Program-made: the position numbers and the translations under genes
Notes under the pieces: model-generated
What the model was told of the DNA's origin: nothing
The model's database searches: none
Seen by the model: the letters and a program-made list of their open reading frames with translations, nothing else
Shown here: positions 29,151-42,727 of the stretch, in pieces
Layout of the letters: the number at the start of each line of letters is the position of its first letter
Numbering within the stretch: the first letter of the stretch is position 1
Assembly (NCBI GenBank): GCA_002269645.1
Contig: NIVC01000263.1
Coordinates: 1 to 64,000 of the forward strand
Length of the DNA: 64,000 nucleotides
Source of the DNA: Macrostomum lignano
Lineage: Eukaryota
Direction of reading: 5' to 3'

Positions 29151-31151
29151 CATCGCACTCTACTTTCTAAATTGTCACTCCACTGCCTTCCCTGGCACTC
29201 AGCTCCCCTCCAGTCGGCAGCCAGAAGCACTAATATTTGTATGAAGAACCGCATCAGTCCTGCGGTCATGAGCCCGCGCCGCCCATTCAACCACAGTAGG
29301 TCGTATAAGTGCAATTTCCCACTCAATCTCAAAGCCACTCGCAACCATTTTTTGAGTTCATTTATGACGCCTCCGGCTGACTCTGAGCCGAAGCTAGCAA
29401 AGCGGCGGCGCCGGGCTTTGATAAAAATAAATAGTAATAAAAAGGGCTGCGGGCGCCATAAATTACACCGCGATCAGGTGCTTGCAGCTGAGATCCTGCC
29501 GGATGCTATGACTGTAAATATTATCATATAAATCGATAAGATTTGCAGCTTAAAAGTTATCCATTATTGCCTGTGCACTTCGTAGATTTTAATTATATTT
29601 TTATTATACTGTAAGCACGTGATTGGCGCGTGTCATATACGTCATACGCGGTGTCGTGACTTTCTTAGTCATCTCTTCAGCCCTCGTCTCTCTCTCTCTC
29701 TCTCTCTTCACTCTGTTTTCTCTCCCTCTCAGTCCAGTCCAGTCCTGTCTTGTTATTCTTCTCTCTCTCCCTCACTGCCTTCTGATTGGCTATTCAATCT
29801 CGCCTCTTTCCTCAGTCGCGCACTGCACCCCTCCTTCTCTAATCTATTTCCCTCACTGCTTTCTGATTGGCTATTCAATCTCGTCTCTTTCTTCAGTCGC
29901 GCACTCTACCGCTCCTTTTCTTATCTGCATTTAACTCCTAGGCCTAAATTTAAGTCTTACATATGTAACACTCATGTGGGCCCTACGCCACTCACTGTTG
30001 TTTCTTAACAATTCCAATTAATATATTCTGGTTTAAGTAAAAACCAAATAATTCAATAGGTATCTTAAATTACTCTACACGTGGTACTCCCAGTGAAGCT
30101 ATTTTTCCCAGTGGGAGATCAGCTGCCCCCATTGACCCCACAGGATCCAGAGCCTCAGAGGCCGATGCGTATGCATACGAACTCAGTGCCACATCGTCTC
30201 GAACCTTCTTAAACAATCATATTATTGAGTTCAAAGTGAGAATTTTCGTACGAGCTAAGACTACCATTTCATTGGCTGGTCATTTTTTTGCGATATTTGC
30301 TACGCTCATTAATGAAGAATAAGACCACAACGTTAAATAATATTTTACGATTGCAAAATAGTTTCCATGGTTGGCCATGCCAGTTAGAAAATTCGGACGA
30401 ACAAAAACCTCTGGCATGGCGGAAATCGAGCGGAGTTATGAAAGGCTGAAACCGGGGTGCATATAAAGCCCATGCATTCAGTGTTCGCTTTTGCCGGGAT
30501 GAAAGCGCTGCATGACGCTGCATTGGCCATGACGGGTGGCCCTAAAAAACGCATATCTGCCAAGCCCAGCCCCGGGAGCAGCAATAGCTAATGTAAATTT
30601 TCCACACCCGAAAGCGCCACAAATTTGCACTTTGCGCCACCACCCGCCATCTCGAATTGCAAATTGGAAGGCCCGGTCATTTCTGCCTCCGCACCGCGCC
30701 CGTCCATAAAGAGGGGAAGGGGAGTTCGTGTGAACGGAGAGAAGGGAAAATGAAAGATACACCGTTTCAGTTAGTTGACAGTTGAATATGGCCTGTGTGG
30801 GACTTGACTTGCTGCTACGCTATTCCTACGGTTGCTGGCTTGGCGAAGAGGAATAATAATACGAGTATGGAGAATACAGGAGCGCTGGAAAAAGCAATAG
30901 AAGAAGAATAAGGGGCGCAGGCAACCCAAGGCAGCATTTCAAATTTCAGGGAGTAGCTGGGGAGGAGGGAACGCAGTACCAGAAGACAGGCAGACAGGGA
31001 GGACGGGGGCGTGCGTGTCTTCAACGCCACCAGTAAAAAGCAGCTGTTGCAGTCTGCACGACAATTGCCTGGTCTATAGCATAGTTCATATCCCATGGGC
31101 TGCAGGGGGGATTACAGCCACGGTTGCAGTCAAGGGGGAGGCCATTGACCA

Positions 31152-31290
31152 ATGGGAGCTGCGCTTTTGAGAATTAGGCAGCAGCACTCCAGAGGATTGG
31201 TACAGATCCTATACAAAGAGGCCATCTCTCGGCGGCTTCAATGCAATGCAGACAGCGTCGCTCACAGCAGGACACGCAGCGTGAAGGTTT
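31152..31290 (+). pseudogene. Possible decayed G-gamma copy
   Basis: RGLVQILYKEAISRR matches the V..L..EA...R pattern. After an apparent deletion/frameshift, CRQRRSQQDTQREGFLKQ resembles CEDRSADDMLINGFTKQ. No NPF or CaaX. Confidence 0.3.
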
Positions 31291-31464
31291 TCTTAAGCAA
31301 AAAAGTGTTCTTCTCTCCTGTGCTCAGCATTCCGTGAGACTGTCTTTTAGAAAAGTAAGGACCCGTCAAGTTCTCTCAAGCAAAATTGTTTTTACTCGTC
31401 ATTGCTGATTTTAATTATGCACAGATCGCTGCAAAAAGGAACGAGGTTCATAACTTTGCGGAGT

Positions 31465-32470
31465 ACAGCAGTTTCTGAGGGTCAATTGGTCTCAGACTGC
31501 AGAAGTTACTGAGGGTCAATTGGGTCTCAGACTGCAGCTGTTTCTGAGGGTCAATTGGGTCTCAGACTGCAGCAGTTACTGAGGGTCAATTGGGTCTCAG
31601 ACTGCAGCAGTTACTGAGGATCAATTGGGTCTCAGACTGCAGCAGTTACTGAGGGTCAATTGGTCTCAGACTGCAGCAGTTACTGAGGGTCAATTGGGTC
31701 TCGGACTGCAGCAGTTTCTGAGGATCAATTGGGTCTCGGACTGCAGCAGTTTCTGAGGATCAATTGGGTCTCGGACTGCAGCAGTTTCTGAGGATCAATT
31801 GGGTCTCAGACTGCAGCAGTTACTGAGGGTCAATTGGGTCTCAGACTGCAGCAGTTACTGAGGATCAATTGGGTCTCAGACTGCAGCAGTTACTGAGGGT
31901 CAATTGAGTCTCGGACTGCAGCAGTTTCTGAGGATCAATTGGGTCTCGGACTGCAGCAGTTTCTGAGGATCAATTGGGTCTCAGACTGCAGCAGTTTCTG
32001 AGGGTCAATTGGGTCTCAGACTGCAGCAGTTTCTGAGGGTCAATTGGGTCTCAGACTGCAGCAGTTACTGAGGGTCAATTGGGTCTCAGACTGCAGCAGT
32101 TACTGAGGATCAATTGGGTCTCAGACTGCAGCAGTTACTGAGGGTCAATTGGGTCTCAGACTGCAGCAGTTACTGAGGATCAATTGGGTCTCAGACTGCA
32201 GCAGTTACTGAGGGTCAATTGGGTCTCGGACTGCAGCAGTTTCTGAGGATCAATTGGGTCTCGGACTGCAGCAGTTTCTGAGGGTCAATTGGGTCTCGGA
32301 CTGCAGCAGTTTCTGAGGGTCAATTGGGTCTCGGACTGCAGCAGTTTCTGAGGGTCAATTGGGTCTCGGACTGCAGCAGTTTCTGAGGATCAATTGGGTC
32401 TCGGACTGCAGCAGTTTCTGAGGATCAATTGGGTCTCGGACTGCAGCAGTTTCTGAGGGTCAATTGGGTC
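31465..32470. repeat. 35-bp minisatellite
   Basis: Unit ACTGCAGCAGTTACTGAGGGTCAATTGGGTCTCAG, about 28 copies. Confidence 0.95.
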
Positions 32471-32508
32471 TGCATGACAGCAAACAGACGAGACACTACA
32501 GGTGGAAC

Positions 32509-32782
32509 AGTAAGTTGCGGATGAAGACGCCACAACTGCTAGGATTCCAAACCCAATTTACCGATTTCAGTGAGCAAACTGGCTGACGCTCTGGCGGTGC
32601 AGCGCTGCATGGTGGAACAGCTGCGAGTGGAGGCCGGCCTGAACCGCCTGTCAGTGTCGCAGACAGTGGCGGAGCTGATAAAGTACTGCGAGGATCGCTC
32701 TGCCGACGACATGCTAATCAACGGGTTCACCAAGCAGACTGAGAATCCATTTAAAGAGAAGGGCGGCTGTGTAGCTTTGTGA
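32509..32782 (+). CDS. gng: Heterotrimeric G-protein gamma subunit, paralog 2 (70 aa; ATG split by a 61-bp intron)
   Basis: QRCMVEQLRVEAGLNRLSVSQTVAELIKYC...DMLINGF..QTENPFKEKGGCVAL. Intron 32510-32570 (gtaagt...gatttcag) joins A(32509) to TG(32571-72). The ORF-track start is a GTG overlapping the acceptor. Confidence 0.9.
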
Positions 32783-34554
32783 GCAGATTGGAGAGTAACC
32801 TGTGATAGGGGGCGAAAAAACCAAGATCTACGAGTACATCAAAGAATAGACAGGGATAGGCAATATTGCATCGGTACTTCGTATCAAGTGATAGTGCGGA
32901 CTAAAACAGACCCAGACTAGCACAGCATAGTAATTTGGTCTCCTGGGAGTCTTCACGAGTAGGCAGATGCCAGACGAGTTGGTTCGAGTTCAAGTCAAGC
33001 GATAGAACTTTCTAGGAAAGACGATCCGTCACAAATTAGGCACCATATTTAATCGATGACAATTTATTTGGATTAACAAATTGCCCGCCTTACATGATTT
33101 TAGCACTATTAATGAATTCAATGCACTTCAATGTATGCCGTGACTGCACTGTTTCGAGTTACCAACTTCAATCTTTCGCGTTTCTCTAGTCACTAACCAA
33201 CGAACGATTTAATACGACATGCTGCGACCTGCCTATTCGATCGTTTTAATTGTTGCAGAGTTGCTTTCCTTGTAGTTTTGATATTTGATCGATTTCAAAG
33301 TCTTTTAGGTAAAAAAACAAATTTTGGATAAGCTTGTGTATTCCTGATGCATATAATAAAAAATACCGACATGCAGGGAGACATGAAGAAGTAATGTGTA
33401 CCCTAATAGTAAAATAATAAAATAAATCTTCATAACTTGAAACGATTTTCCAGCATAAAACAATTTAATGCTTTGCAAATCTAACTTCAAATAATTTTCG
33501 AACTGTTGTTGCACACTACGAACAGTATAGTTAAAAAAAACTGCTCAAGAAGAAATTAAAACTGAGATTTTATGTTTACGACAAAAGTATCGTTGAATTA
33601 GAATTATAATTAGCTCTTGTTTTTGTTATAAATTCAAATTTATTAGCTACCATCAGACATGGCACATCTTACACTCGTATATATGATCGAAGCTATAAAC
33701 TATAGGCCCAATAAAATGACGCGATATGGGTAGTACTGCCAAGAGTGAGCTTCGCTGATCAAAAACGAACAAATTATCTTAGTAAGCTGTCAGACAGGCA
33801 GGTAGACAGTTGTAAGATTATAGTAGTAAACAATAGCACTATTTTGCAGACCGCAACTTTAGTTTGTCCCTAAACAGAAGCCGCGGGGTAGAAAACTTTC
33901 TGTCTGGATATCACCACTTATTCGAGTAAAAATAGTAAATTATGATTGAAATATCTAAAATTTTAGTCCGCAGATTGTCAAGCTATCCATCCACTCCTTG
34001 ATCAAATCAATGGTTAGATTATACTCAAGCTTTTCAGAATAGCGTAGATGCATGATGCATGTTGAATCGATTAATGAGAATAAACCGAAAATCTGATCAG
34101 GAGTGATTTTACGGATTGCCATTTAAGAAGCAGGAGCATCCATTCTTTTAAATTAGCTAAAAAATTAAAGTAAACTCCTACAACCGTGATGAACAAAATT
34201 ATTGTACAAACCATGCGGTTTTGCAAAAAATTGCCCTCATTCGATGCCTAACAGTGCGAGAAAGTCCACGAGCTAAGGTTTTTCTGCGTCATGGCGTGCG
34301 TCATTCTGAATTTTAACCACAGACGCCATGTAACTTAAGTTCTATACTTAATGTAGTGTATACTTCATTTGGAGTATAAATATTTTCATAATTAGGGAAC
34401 TACGAGTATTGGGATCTTTGGGATTCCAAGATATTTCTTTCAATTTGGGTAATCTGTACGCTCGTAAACATAGAGTCCTTGGATCAGAGGCTGAGTAGTG
34501 TAAAAGTGAAGCAAGCAATGTTGGTATCTTATTCGATTTTTTATTTTTTGACTG

Positions 34555-34940
34555 ATGCATCCTGGTTTTCAATTTGGCAGCCAGCTGCAGCTAGCATCCT
34601 GGTTTTCAATTTGGCAGCCAACTACAGGTAGCATCCTGGTTTTCAATTTGGCAGCCAACTACAGGTAGCATCCTGGTTTTCAATTTGGCAGCCAACTACA
34701 GGTAGCATCCTGGTTTTCAATTTGGCAGCCAACTACAGGTAGCATCCTGGTTTTCAATTTGGCAGCCAACTACAGGTAGCATCCTGGTTTTCAATTTGGC
34801 AGCCAACTACAGGTAGCATCCTGGTTTTCAATTTGGCAGCCAACTACAGGTAGCATCCTGGTTTTCAATTTGGCAGCGGACAGGTAGCATCCTGGTTTTC
34901 AATTTGGCAGCCAGCTGCAGCTAGCATCCTGGTTTTCAAT
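34555..34940. repeat. 37-bp minisatellite
   Basis: Unit GCATCCTGGTTTTCAATTTGGCAGCCAACTACAGGTA, about 10 copies. Confidence 0.95.
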
Positions 34941-36918
34941 TTTGTAGCCTGAATTTGGACCCAGGATGCCCAACAGCACAGTGATTCTGACCCTCAAAGA
35001 ACCCATGCATGCAGGTGGCAATGAGCTAGCTGATTCATACTGTCATCAGCAGAGGCATCAGATCGCAGGACCGATTAACGAAAAAAGCTGATGTCATGCC
35101 ATCACAAAACCAAACGCGCAGATTGTGGCAGAAAAAATGATTTGCACTATAGAAATTGCTCCCATATCTGTGCGCAGGTGCGTGACAACACTAGAGTCGA
35201 ACATGTTAAGAGGAGACAGCAAACAGCAAATACTCGGTTATTTTTCTTCAACGTTTAAAATGGAACGCAGCAGGCGTTCTGCAAATGAACTACTCTCCTG
35301 GGCATTTACAAGTAGTTCCACTATTCAATGCAATGCAAGAGCAAACTATTCAGAGATTTTCCGTGACATAATTTATATTTCCGGCCAGTTTACTTTTCTG
35401 CAGGTGCAAATCGGATGAAATTATAGGGAAAAAGATTTCAGATCCGCTCAAACAATTGAAAACCAGATTAAACGAACAATAAACTAAACAGGTAGCATTT
35501 GATTCCGACTACTGTCTATTTAAAGCATCTCAGTATTCTCAGGACGCAGTGGGAATTCTTAGTCTTAGAAAATAGCAAGCTCTTAAAAAAGTGAAGTAGC
35601 CGCTTCATCCATGCCTCAGTTGGTCAACAAGACAACACGGCCGCTAAGAGTGGCTTTGGGAATCGGGAGCGGCCACTTAGAGTAGATGAGGGAAGAGCGA
35701 GTTAAGTGCCAATTCTCTGCCAGGAATACCCAGACTGTCTCTCATCTGGTGCGCTGAATATTTCATGAAGCAGCTTCCGGCTGACAATTCTGAACAGAAT
35801 GGGAGAAAATACAAGGCAGTTGCCTAAGCGCTGGGCAGCTCAAAGATATACGGGCCACGGAATGTGGAGAAAGGTGGAGAGATTCACATGGGATTTTATT
35901 TTGAGTATACGATCCAGGGATTTGCTATAAATTTAGCTGGCACATCGACTTAAGTTGCCAGAATAGAAGGCCTGGGATAATGATGACGGGGATTATGTAG
36001 TGCAAGACGCGCCTAAAGGTAGTTTATAGTGGCTCTATTATCACTAAAAACTATTTGTCAATGTCAAGCAAGTATGAGCTCAAAGCAAAGGTAAGGAGAG
36101 CATAACCGTAAGTATTGATTATATTGGATTTTTGTCTAGCTGTAAGAGGTAAATACCAATCTCTTTACAACCCATTATATAATGTTAGTCCTAGAATTAA
36201 AAAAATAAAGACCAACACACATTCTAATGAATTTTCCAAACAGAATACAAAAACACTAAAACTCAACGTTGCAAACCAAACAAACTTCAGAAACGTTTAT
36301 TATTACGGCTCCACTCTCAAAAAGCGGAGAGCAGCAGTCCAACTAGGAAAACACCGGGGAACTCTTAAACTAGAAAACTGAGTAGGGCTAGAATCTTTAA
36401 CTGTAAATTCAGTTACACAACAGAAATTCTCAGAACTACTTAAAGTAGTAAAATGCAAATAGTTAGACAGAGTTGAGCACCTATCTATAAATACGAGGGA
36501 ATATTATATTAGCCTTGTATAAGTTTGAAAAAATCCAATTTTTGAATAGGTTTGAAAATTATTAAGCTAAATTTTTTAAACGAAAACAACGATAAAAAGA
36601 TAATTACAGAAAAATAGCAATTTAGCAGCAACTAAGATAGACTACCCATGCAGAGGGATCAAGCCGTGTGATACGTTATAGTAAATGTCATCGAACACTA
36701 AAAACTACTAAGATTACTCAGCTGTTTTAGTAAGAAAATAAGTATACACTAAAAAGTTTTATATACTTATCAGAGGCAGTTCTGGTAGTTGGTTTTTTTA
36801 TTCTGCCTTTGGACCTTGACTTTTCTGCATGGAACAACTTAAAAAAAGCGTAGTTATTTGCTTATCTAAAACCTGAATTAATTAGCTAAGTGCTGAACAA
36901 AGTAGGTTGCAAACGATA

Positions 36919-39900
36919 TTATTTCTCAACATTCCTGTCAGCGTTTTTAGAAGGCGGCAACAGACAGCAAGTGCCATCAGACAGTACTTCAATGCCGGCG
37001 CGTTTCAGAGACGGCTGTTGCGGCAACACGTCCTTGCTAGCCAATCTACAGATGCAGATGGCAGCTGGCCATTCTGGTCCTGTCAGGTCCGGTGGCAACT
37101 CGCGAATGAAACTAGTCAGTAGGCCAGACGACACAAAGCCGTAGTCCACTGCCAAAACGGTGGCGGAGACCTCTTGAGAGTTCCGAGTATCGATGGACAG
37201 TACGCGACCGCGGTACCATTCACCACCACCATGGGATTTCATGGTGAAGAAAGCAACAGACTTTCCTGGGTACAACTTGGTTACAGGCTTGATAAGCAAG
37301 CCAAGCTTATTGTACCAGAAGTGCATGCGCTTAGCTAGCCGATCTACCTGCTGGAGAGACTGCGGCAGCAGGTGCACCATCAGTTGGCTGGAGTTTGATG
37401 ACGGCAGGATAATAACAGAGTAACGGCCTGGCAGCGGAACTGGTGTAGGCACAATGGTGCAACCATAATCATGTACCATACTAGCGAACACAGCACGCAA
37501 CTGATCTGGAGTGTACCGCAGTCGAGGTCTGTATTGCTGGTGCTGCCGCTTTTCTGCCTCGCTGTTGCAGGTGTTCGATTGTTTGGAGCAGTTGGTGATG
37601 GGTTGAAGACAGCAAACGGTGGCCAAAACTTCCGAGTTTTCTGGACGATCGCTACCTGATTCGTAACTCATTGGCGTCAATGGGACTTTGCACCAGCTTT
37701 TATGAAAATTTTCATTATTTTCCCCGTCGAAAAAGATACTCGTACTGGCTGGTAGCACGGCCGGTTTCAATTTGTTATTATTGATAGAAGCCAAAGATGC
37801 AGCAGAATTGGTGACTTCAGTGACTGTAAGAGACTGCAGAATGTCTTTTGGTATGCTGACCGTGGGCGGCTCAGAATCAGTTGACGGATCAATGCTGAAC
37901 TGCAACTCTCCATATTCGACGATCTTGTCGCAGGCGTCAGTAGTAAAGCAGCAATTATCGCTAGATTGCAGAATGCATTCGAAAGCAAAAGCATCTCGGT
38001 ACAACTCTTCACGCTGCGGCAAAACCTTCAACTGCAGCTCGTCTAGCGAGCCTTCCTCTTCGTTGCCATAGTCGATGAACAACACGCGAATCGAGTCGGA
38101 GCTGACAGCCTTTACCTCGGCTCGGTACCAGCTTCCTTCGAACAGGCCAATGCAGAACTGTCCTATCTGAGGTGCAGTCAAAGCCTCTGAGCTGGCTGCC
38201 TTAATATCTAGTTGGCTCTGTAAAGAAGCCAGATCATCTAGATCTCGGCTGCTCTGAATCCACAAGCGAAGACGTCTCGGATCGTCTTGAACTTGAATAG
38301 CGAAAACAACCATAGCGGAAACCAAGCCGAACAAATGTTTTTTGGAGACGCTCCATTTACACTGAGGGACAGAAATGCTGGAGGTAGTCGTATATGCTTC
38401 TTCTTTCATGTGAGCACAATTTTTATCTACATTATCATTAGTTATAGCACAAAACTCTGTAGATTCTTCTGCAGTGTTACTAGCGCACAAACTGTGTTGA
38501 GCAACGGGTCCTATAATCTGATTCACGCCAGGACAAGGCAGAATGCACTCGAAAGCAAATGATTCACAGTAAAGCTCCTCTTTGTAGGGCAAAGGTTTTA
38601 GTCTAAAAATACTAGGTGAGCCCTTCACTTCAATACCATAGTCCAGAAGAAACAATTCAATTGTCACTGAAGATGTGGCAAGAATCTCGGCACGGCACCA
38701 TTGGTCCTTGTGAAAAACAAGACAAGTCTGGCCAAGGCTCGGCTGTTTTAAATCTGACGCTGAATCAGCTTCAATTTTGAACAAGTCTTGCAGAGCCTTT
38801 AGCTTTACACTATCGCAGGTTCGATGAACCCAAAGGCGCAGATATTCCTTATTGTCACCAGTTGGGACACAAGCACACACAGTACCAGTAAAAGTGCCGG
38901 TAAGTTGACGTCGCTTTACTCGCCAAATTTTTGTACGAGAATCGTGCTCCATTATAGCATGCTGCGATGCATCTCTGACTTCTCGAATGTCATTGGTAGA
39001 TGAACTGACTGGAGCATCCTTTTGAGGCTCATCATAAGCAGCACTGATGGGTTCCAAACTGCAAATCCTCGATTCCAAAGCTGCCAGAAGGTCGGAGTCG
39101 ATACCAATAGTGCGTAATCCAGAAGAAAAATCTTGCAAAATGTTTACCGTAAGACAATCAAAGGCAGTGATTAAAGCATCAGCATTCGAAGTGAATCGGC
39201 ACTTGCTAGAAGATTCCAGAATACATTCGAATGCAAGAGCGTCTCGGTACAACCCTTCACGATGCGGCAAAACCTTCAACTGCAGCTCGTCTAGCGAACC
39301 TTCCTCTTCGTTGCCATAGTCGATGAACAACACGCGAATCGAGTCGGAGCTGACAGCCTTTACCTCGGCTCGGTACCAGCCGCCTTCAAACAGACCAATG
39401 CAGAACTGTCCTATCTGAGGTGCAGTCAATGCCTCTGAGCTGGCAGCCTCAACGTCGAGTTGGCTCTGCAAGGAAGCCAACTCATCCAGATCTCGGGTGT
39501 TCTGAATCCACAAGTGCAGCTTAGTACCATCATCTAGAAGCGTTGCGTTGCTTACAACTCCTGTGAATGTTCCGCTTTGGATGCTCTTCGAAACTGCCCA
39601 TGTCTCCGACTTATTGGCTTGTGATTCAATCTGTTGCTTCCCTAGCTCAATAACTACGGTATTGTTTGCGTTGGATGCAGCAGAATCCGTGACTTCAGTG
39701 ACTGTAAGAGACTGTAGAATGTTTTTGGGTATGCTGACCGTGGGCGGCTTAGAATCAGTTGACGGATCAATGCTGAACTGCAACTCTCCATACTCGACGA
39801 TCTTGTCGCAGGCGTCAGGACTAAAGCAGCGGTTGTCACTAGATTCAAGAATGCATTCGAAAGCAAAAGCATCTCGGTACAACTCTTCACGCTTCGGCAA

Positions 39901-40519
39901 AACCTTCAACTGCAGCTCGTCTAGCGAGCCTTCCTCTTCGTTGCCATAGTCGATGAACAACACGCGAATCGAGTCGGAGCTGACAGCCTTTACCTCGGCT
40001 CGGTACCAGCCGCCTTCGAACAGGCCAATGCAGAACTGTCCAGCCTTTGGCTTATCCAAAGCTTTACAGCTGTCAGCATCAGCGTCAAGCAGATTTTGTA
40101 ATGATGTCAGTTTATCAAAATCGCTGCTGTTTTGAACCCATAGGTGCAGGTTCTTCAAATCCTGAGTGGCAGAACTAACAACGCCTGTAAATGAATCAAT
40201 CCATTTTTGCTTTTTTATGAGGATATTATCTTCGTCAATTTCAAATTCCGAATGGATTAAATTTTGTTTTGCATCCAGCTCGAGGGCATTATTACTTTCA
40301 GTCCTAGTGAGACTCAATTGTTGATTATTTTCCACCAAAAAATCCATGATTTTTTTGTCAACCGAGACGACTGGTAGGTCAAAAATGATGTCACTTTGGA
40401 CAGTAAATTCTATTGGGCCCAGTTGCAGAAGTTGCTCAAAAGCATTGGCCACGAAATTCATCGTGACAGGGCAGGGGCTATTGCATTCGACTCTGCTTTT
40501 TCGTAAGTTCAGAGAATCA
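36919..40519 (-). CDS. Multi-Tudor (TDRD/Tudor-family) protein, single large exon, 5 extended Tudor domains
   Basis: Three CIGLFEG(G/S)WYRAEV...FIDYGNEE domains, one diverged (WCRAEI..LLDYG) and one C-terminal (WYRGRV..VDYG). Acceptor cttttttcag at 40520-21, first in-frame ATG at 40461, TAA at 36919. The true 5' end is uncertain. Confidence 0.88.
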
Positions 40520-41429
40520 CTGAAAAAAGTAGGAGAGGATGACAAATATATACTTTATATATATATTACAACGTAGCAAAATCACGATTACTCCTAAAAT
40601 GTTGCACCAAAACGCTAAGCGACACCGCGAAATACATAAATAACTACTGATGGCAAAAACATTCTATAACTTAAAAATAACTAAACATTCAAGGCCAAGC
40701 TCAGCTTAAAGATTGGTTTCCTACTCGTAAATACGAGGGTTGTACAAAAAGTTCTGTGTATTACATAACGACTTTAAAATGATAACCAGCAGACACAAAA
40801 CTTTAAACTTATCTTAGGCATCATTTCACTTAAAATATACACCCTCAGCCTCCATGCACTTCTGCCATCGCCACACGAGCCTCTCCTCAATTCTAGCACT
40901 AATGTCATTCTTTGTCATAGTTTCGATTCCCACCTCATATGCCTAGTTCAACTTATCTGAAACACTGGCCCTGCATTAAGTCCTTGATGCGGGAAAAGAG
41001 GAAGAAGTCGCATAGACTGAGGTCTGGCATGGGGGGCATGGCGGATGCGGAAGTACTTCCCACCCCCATGACTTGACGGCTGTCAGCACAATCTGCTTTA
41101 AATGAGGAGATGCATTGTCTTAAAGCAAAATTGGGCCCCCTCCCCAATTAGAGCCCCCTCCAATGATATGCATCATATTACTGCATCATATCGAAGATCT
41201 CAGTTGGCAAACAAACCTGCAGGACATGAAACTTGATCATGGCTCGCTCGCTGATCATGACCTTGTGCAACAAAGTCAGCCATGGGTGAAAGAGGAAAAT
41301 ATTCACTACACCATTTTATCCTCAATTTTGAACAAGGAGAATTTCGGAACTGACAAACTCCTCTTCAATATTGACAGATCAAGCTTCAGTTTTGACAAAC
41401 TCTGGTTCAATTTTGACAATGCACATTTA

Positions 41430-42725
41430 CGAGGGGTATTTCAGAAGTTCGTAGAAAGCCGGCTTTGCATAAAGCTATAGCCTTGAAACTTTTCACAAAT
41501 ACTATTTCATATATCTACAGCCTGCAGCTAAATTTTCAGCAAAATTGATTGAAATCGCCACCAGAAATCTGCGATCAAACTCTGAACCCCCTACTGTATT
41601 TCCTGCGTTCTCCAAAGAGCAGTCAAGAGCCATAATGCTGTTCCTGTTTCGTAGAGGCTCTAGCGCAAATGAAGCTGCTGCTGAGATGAGGACTGTACTG
41701 CAAGATGAAACACCATCCCTCAGCACTGTGCACAAGTGGTTTGGTCGCTTTAGAGCCGGCCATTTCGATCTGGCTGACAAGCCAAGAGAAGGTCGTCCAA
41801 GAACATCAACAGACTCCTTGAATGTGGCTGCTGTGCAGTCGGCGTTGAACGAGGATGCAAGACTGACGATCGAGAGGATGGAGGAGAGTCTGGGCATTGA
41901 GGCCACATCGATTTGGAGGATCTTGCACGAAGATCTTGGTGTCACTAAGAAAGCTGCCAAATGGGTGCCACGAATCCTCTCGCCTGAGCAGAAAATTGAT
42001 TTCTGCAGAAATTTCCTGGATCAGTTCAAAGATGGAGCATCTGCAAACTTCCAGAACATCGTAACAGGTGATGAAGCCTGGTTCCATCAGTACGACCCGC
42101 CAACTAAATCACAGTCGATGGTTTTGCCACTCAAAGGAGCCCCACCTCCCCAAAAGGCGAAGCGGGTGAGGTCAGGTGGGAAAATCATGTTCGCGATTTT
42201 CTTCTCGCCCAGAGGCATTGTGGCCTCAGTGCCAGTTGAGCAAGGCCGCACTGTGACCTCTGATTGGTATGTGACCAGCTGCTTGCCTGCTGTGTTCAAT
42301 TCCATCGCAGCTGGCCGTGGCAAAGCTGAGCTACGCGCTACTTCCTGCATCACGACAACGCACCTGCACACACAGCAAACAACACAGTGCAGCACATTCG
42401 TGCTTCTGGCATCAAGCTGCTGAGCGCTCCGCCTTATTCACCGGATCTGGCGCCGTGCGATTTCTGGTTATTTCCGAAAATCAAGCAGCCGCTGCGTGGA
42501 AAGTTGTTTGAGACTCGTGATGAGCTGATTTCTGCTGTGAATGAGCAGCTCAACTCCATTGAAAAAGCTGATTTTAGGGGTTGCTTTGATAGCTGGCTGC
42601 AGCGCATGCGAAAGTGCATAGAAATCGGTGGCGAGATCGGATTTAGATGATGATTATGTGTCGCAACCCGCTTTTTGATATCTGCTTGCTTTCTATCAGT
42701 TTCTACGAACTTGAAATACCCTTCG
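41430..42725 (+). mobile_element. Full-length (1296 bp) mariner element
   Basis: ~28-bp TIRs CGAGGGGTATTTCAGAAGTTCGTAGAAA / TTTCTACGAACTTGAAATACCCTTCG, TA flanks at 41428-29 and 42726-27. Confidence 0.92.
41545..42650 (+). pseudogene. Mariner D,D34D transposase with one frameshift
   Basis: HTH, WVPRIL, IVTGDEAW; frameshift near 42340 before FLHHDNAPAH; YSPDLAPCDFWLF. The second and third catalytic Asp are separated by 34 residues (counted manually). Confidence 0.9.
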
Positions 42726-42727
42726 TA

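Noticed and set aside
29760-29910. Duplicated ~80-bp segment with two CTGATTGG (CCAAT) boxes
   Set aside because: Could be a promoter but cannot be tied to a TSS from sequence; a simple local duplication explains it.
24950-34940. Regular 23-, 35- and 37-bp repeats resembling CRISPR arrays
   Set aside because: The units are head-to-tail with no unique spacers, there are no cas genes, and the context is eukaryotic. They are minisatellites.
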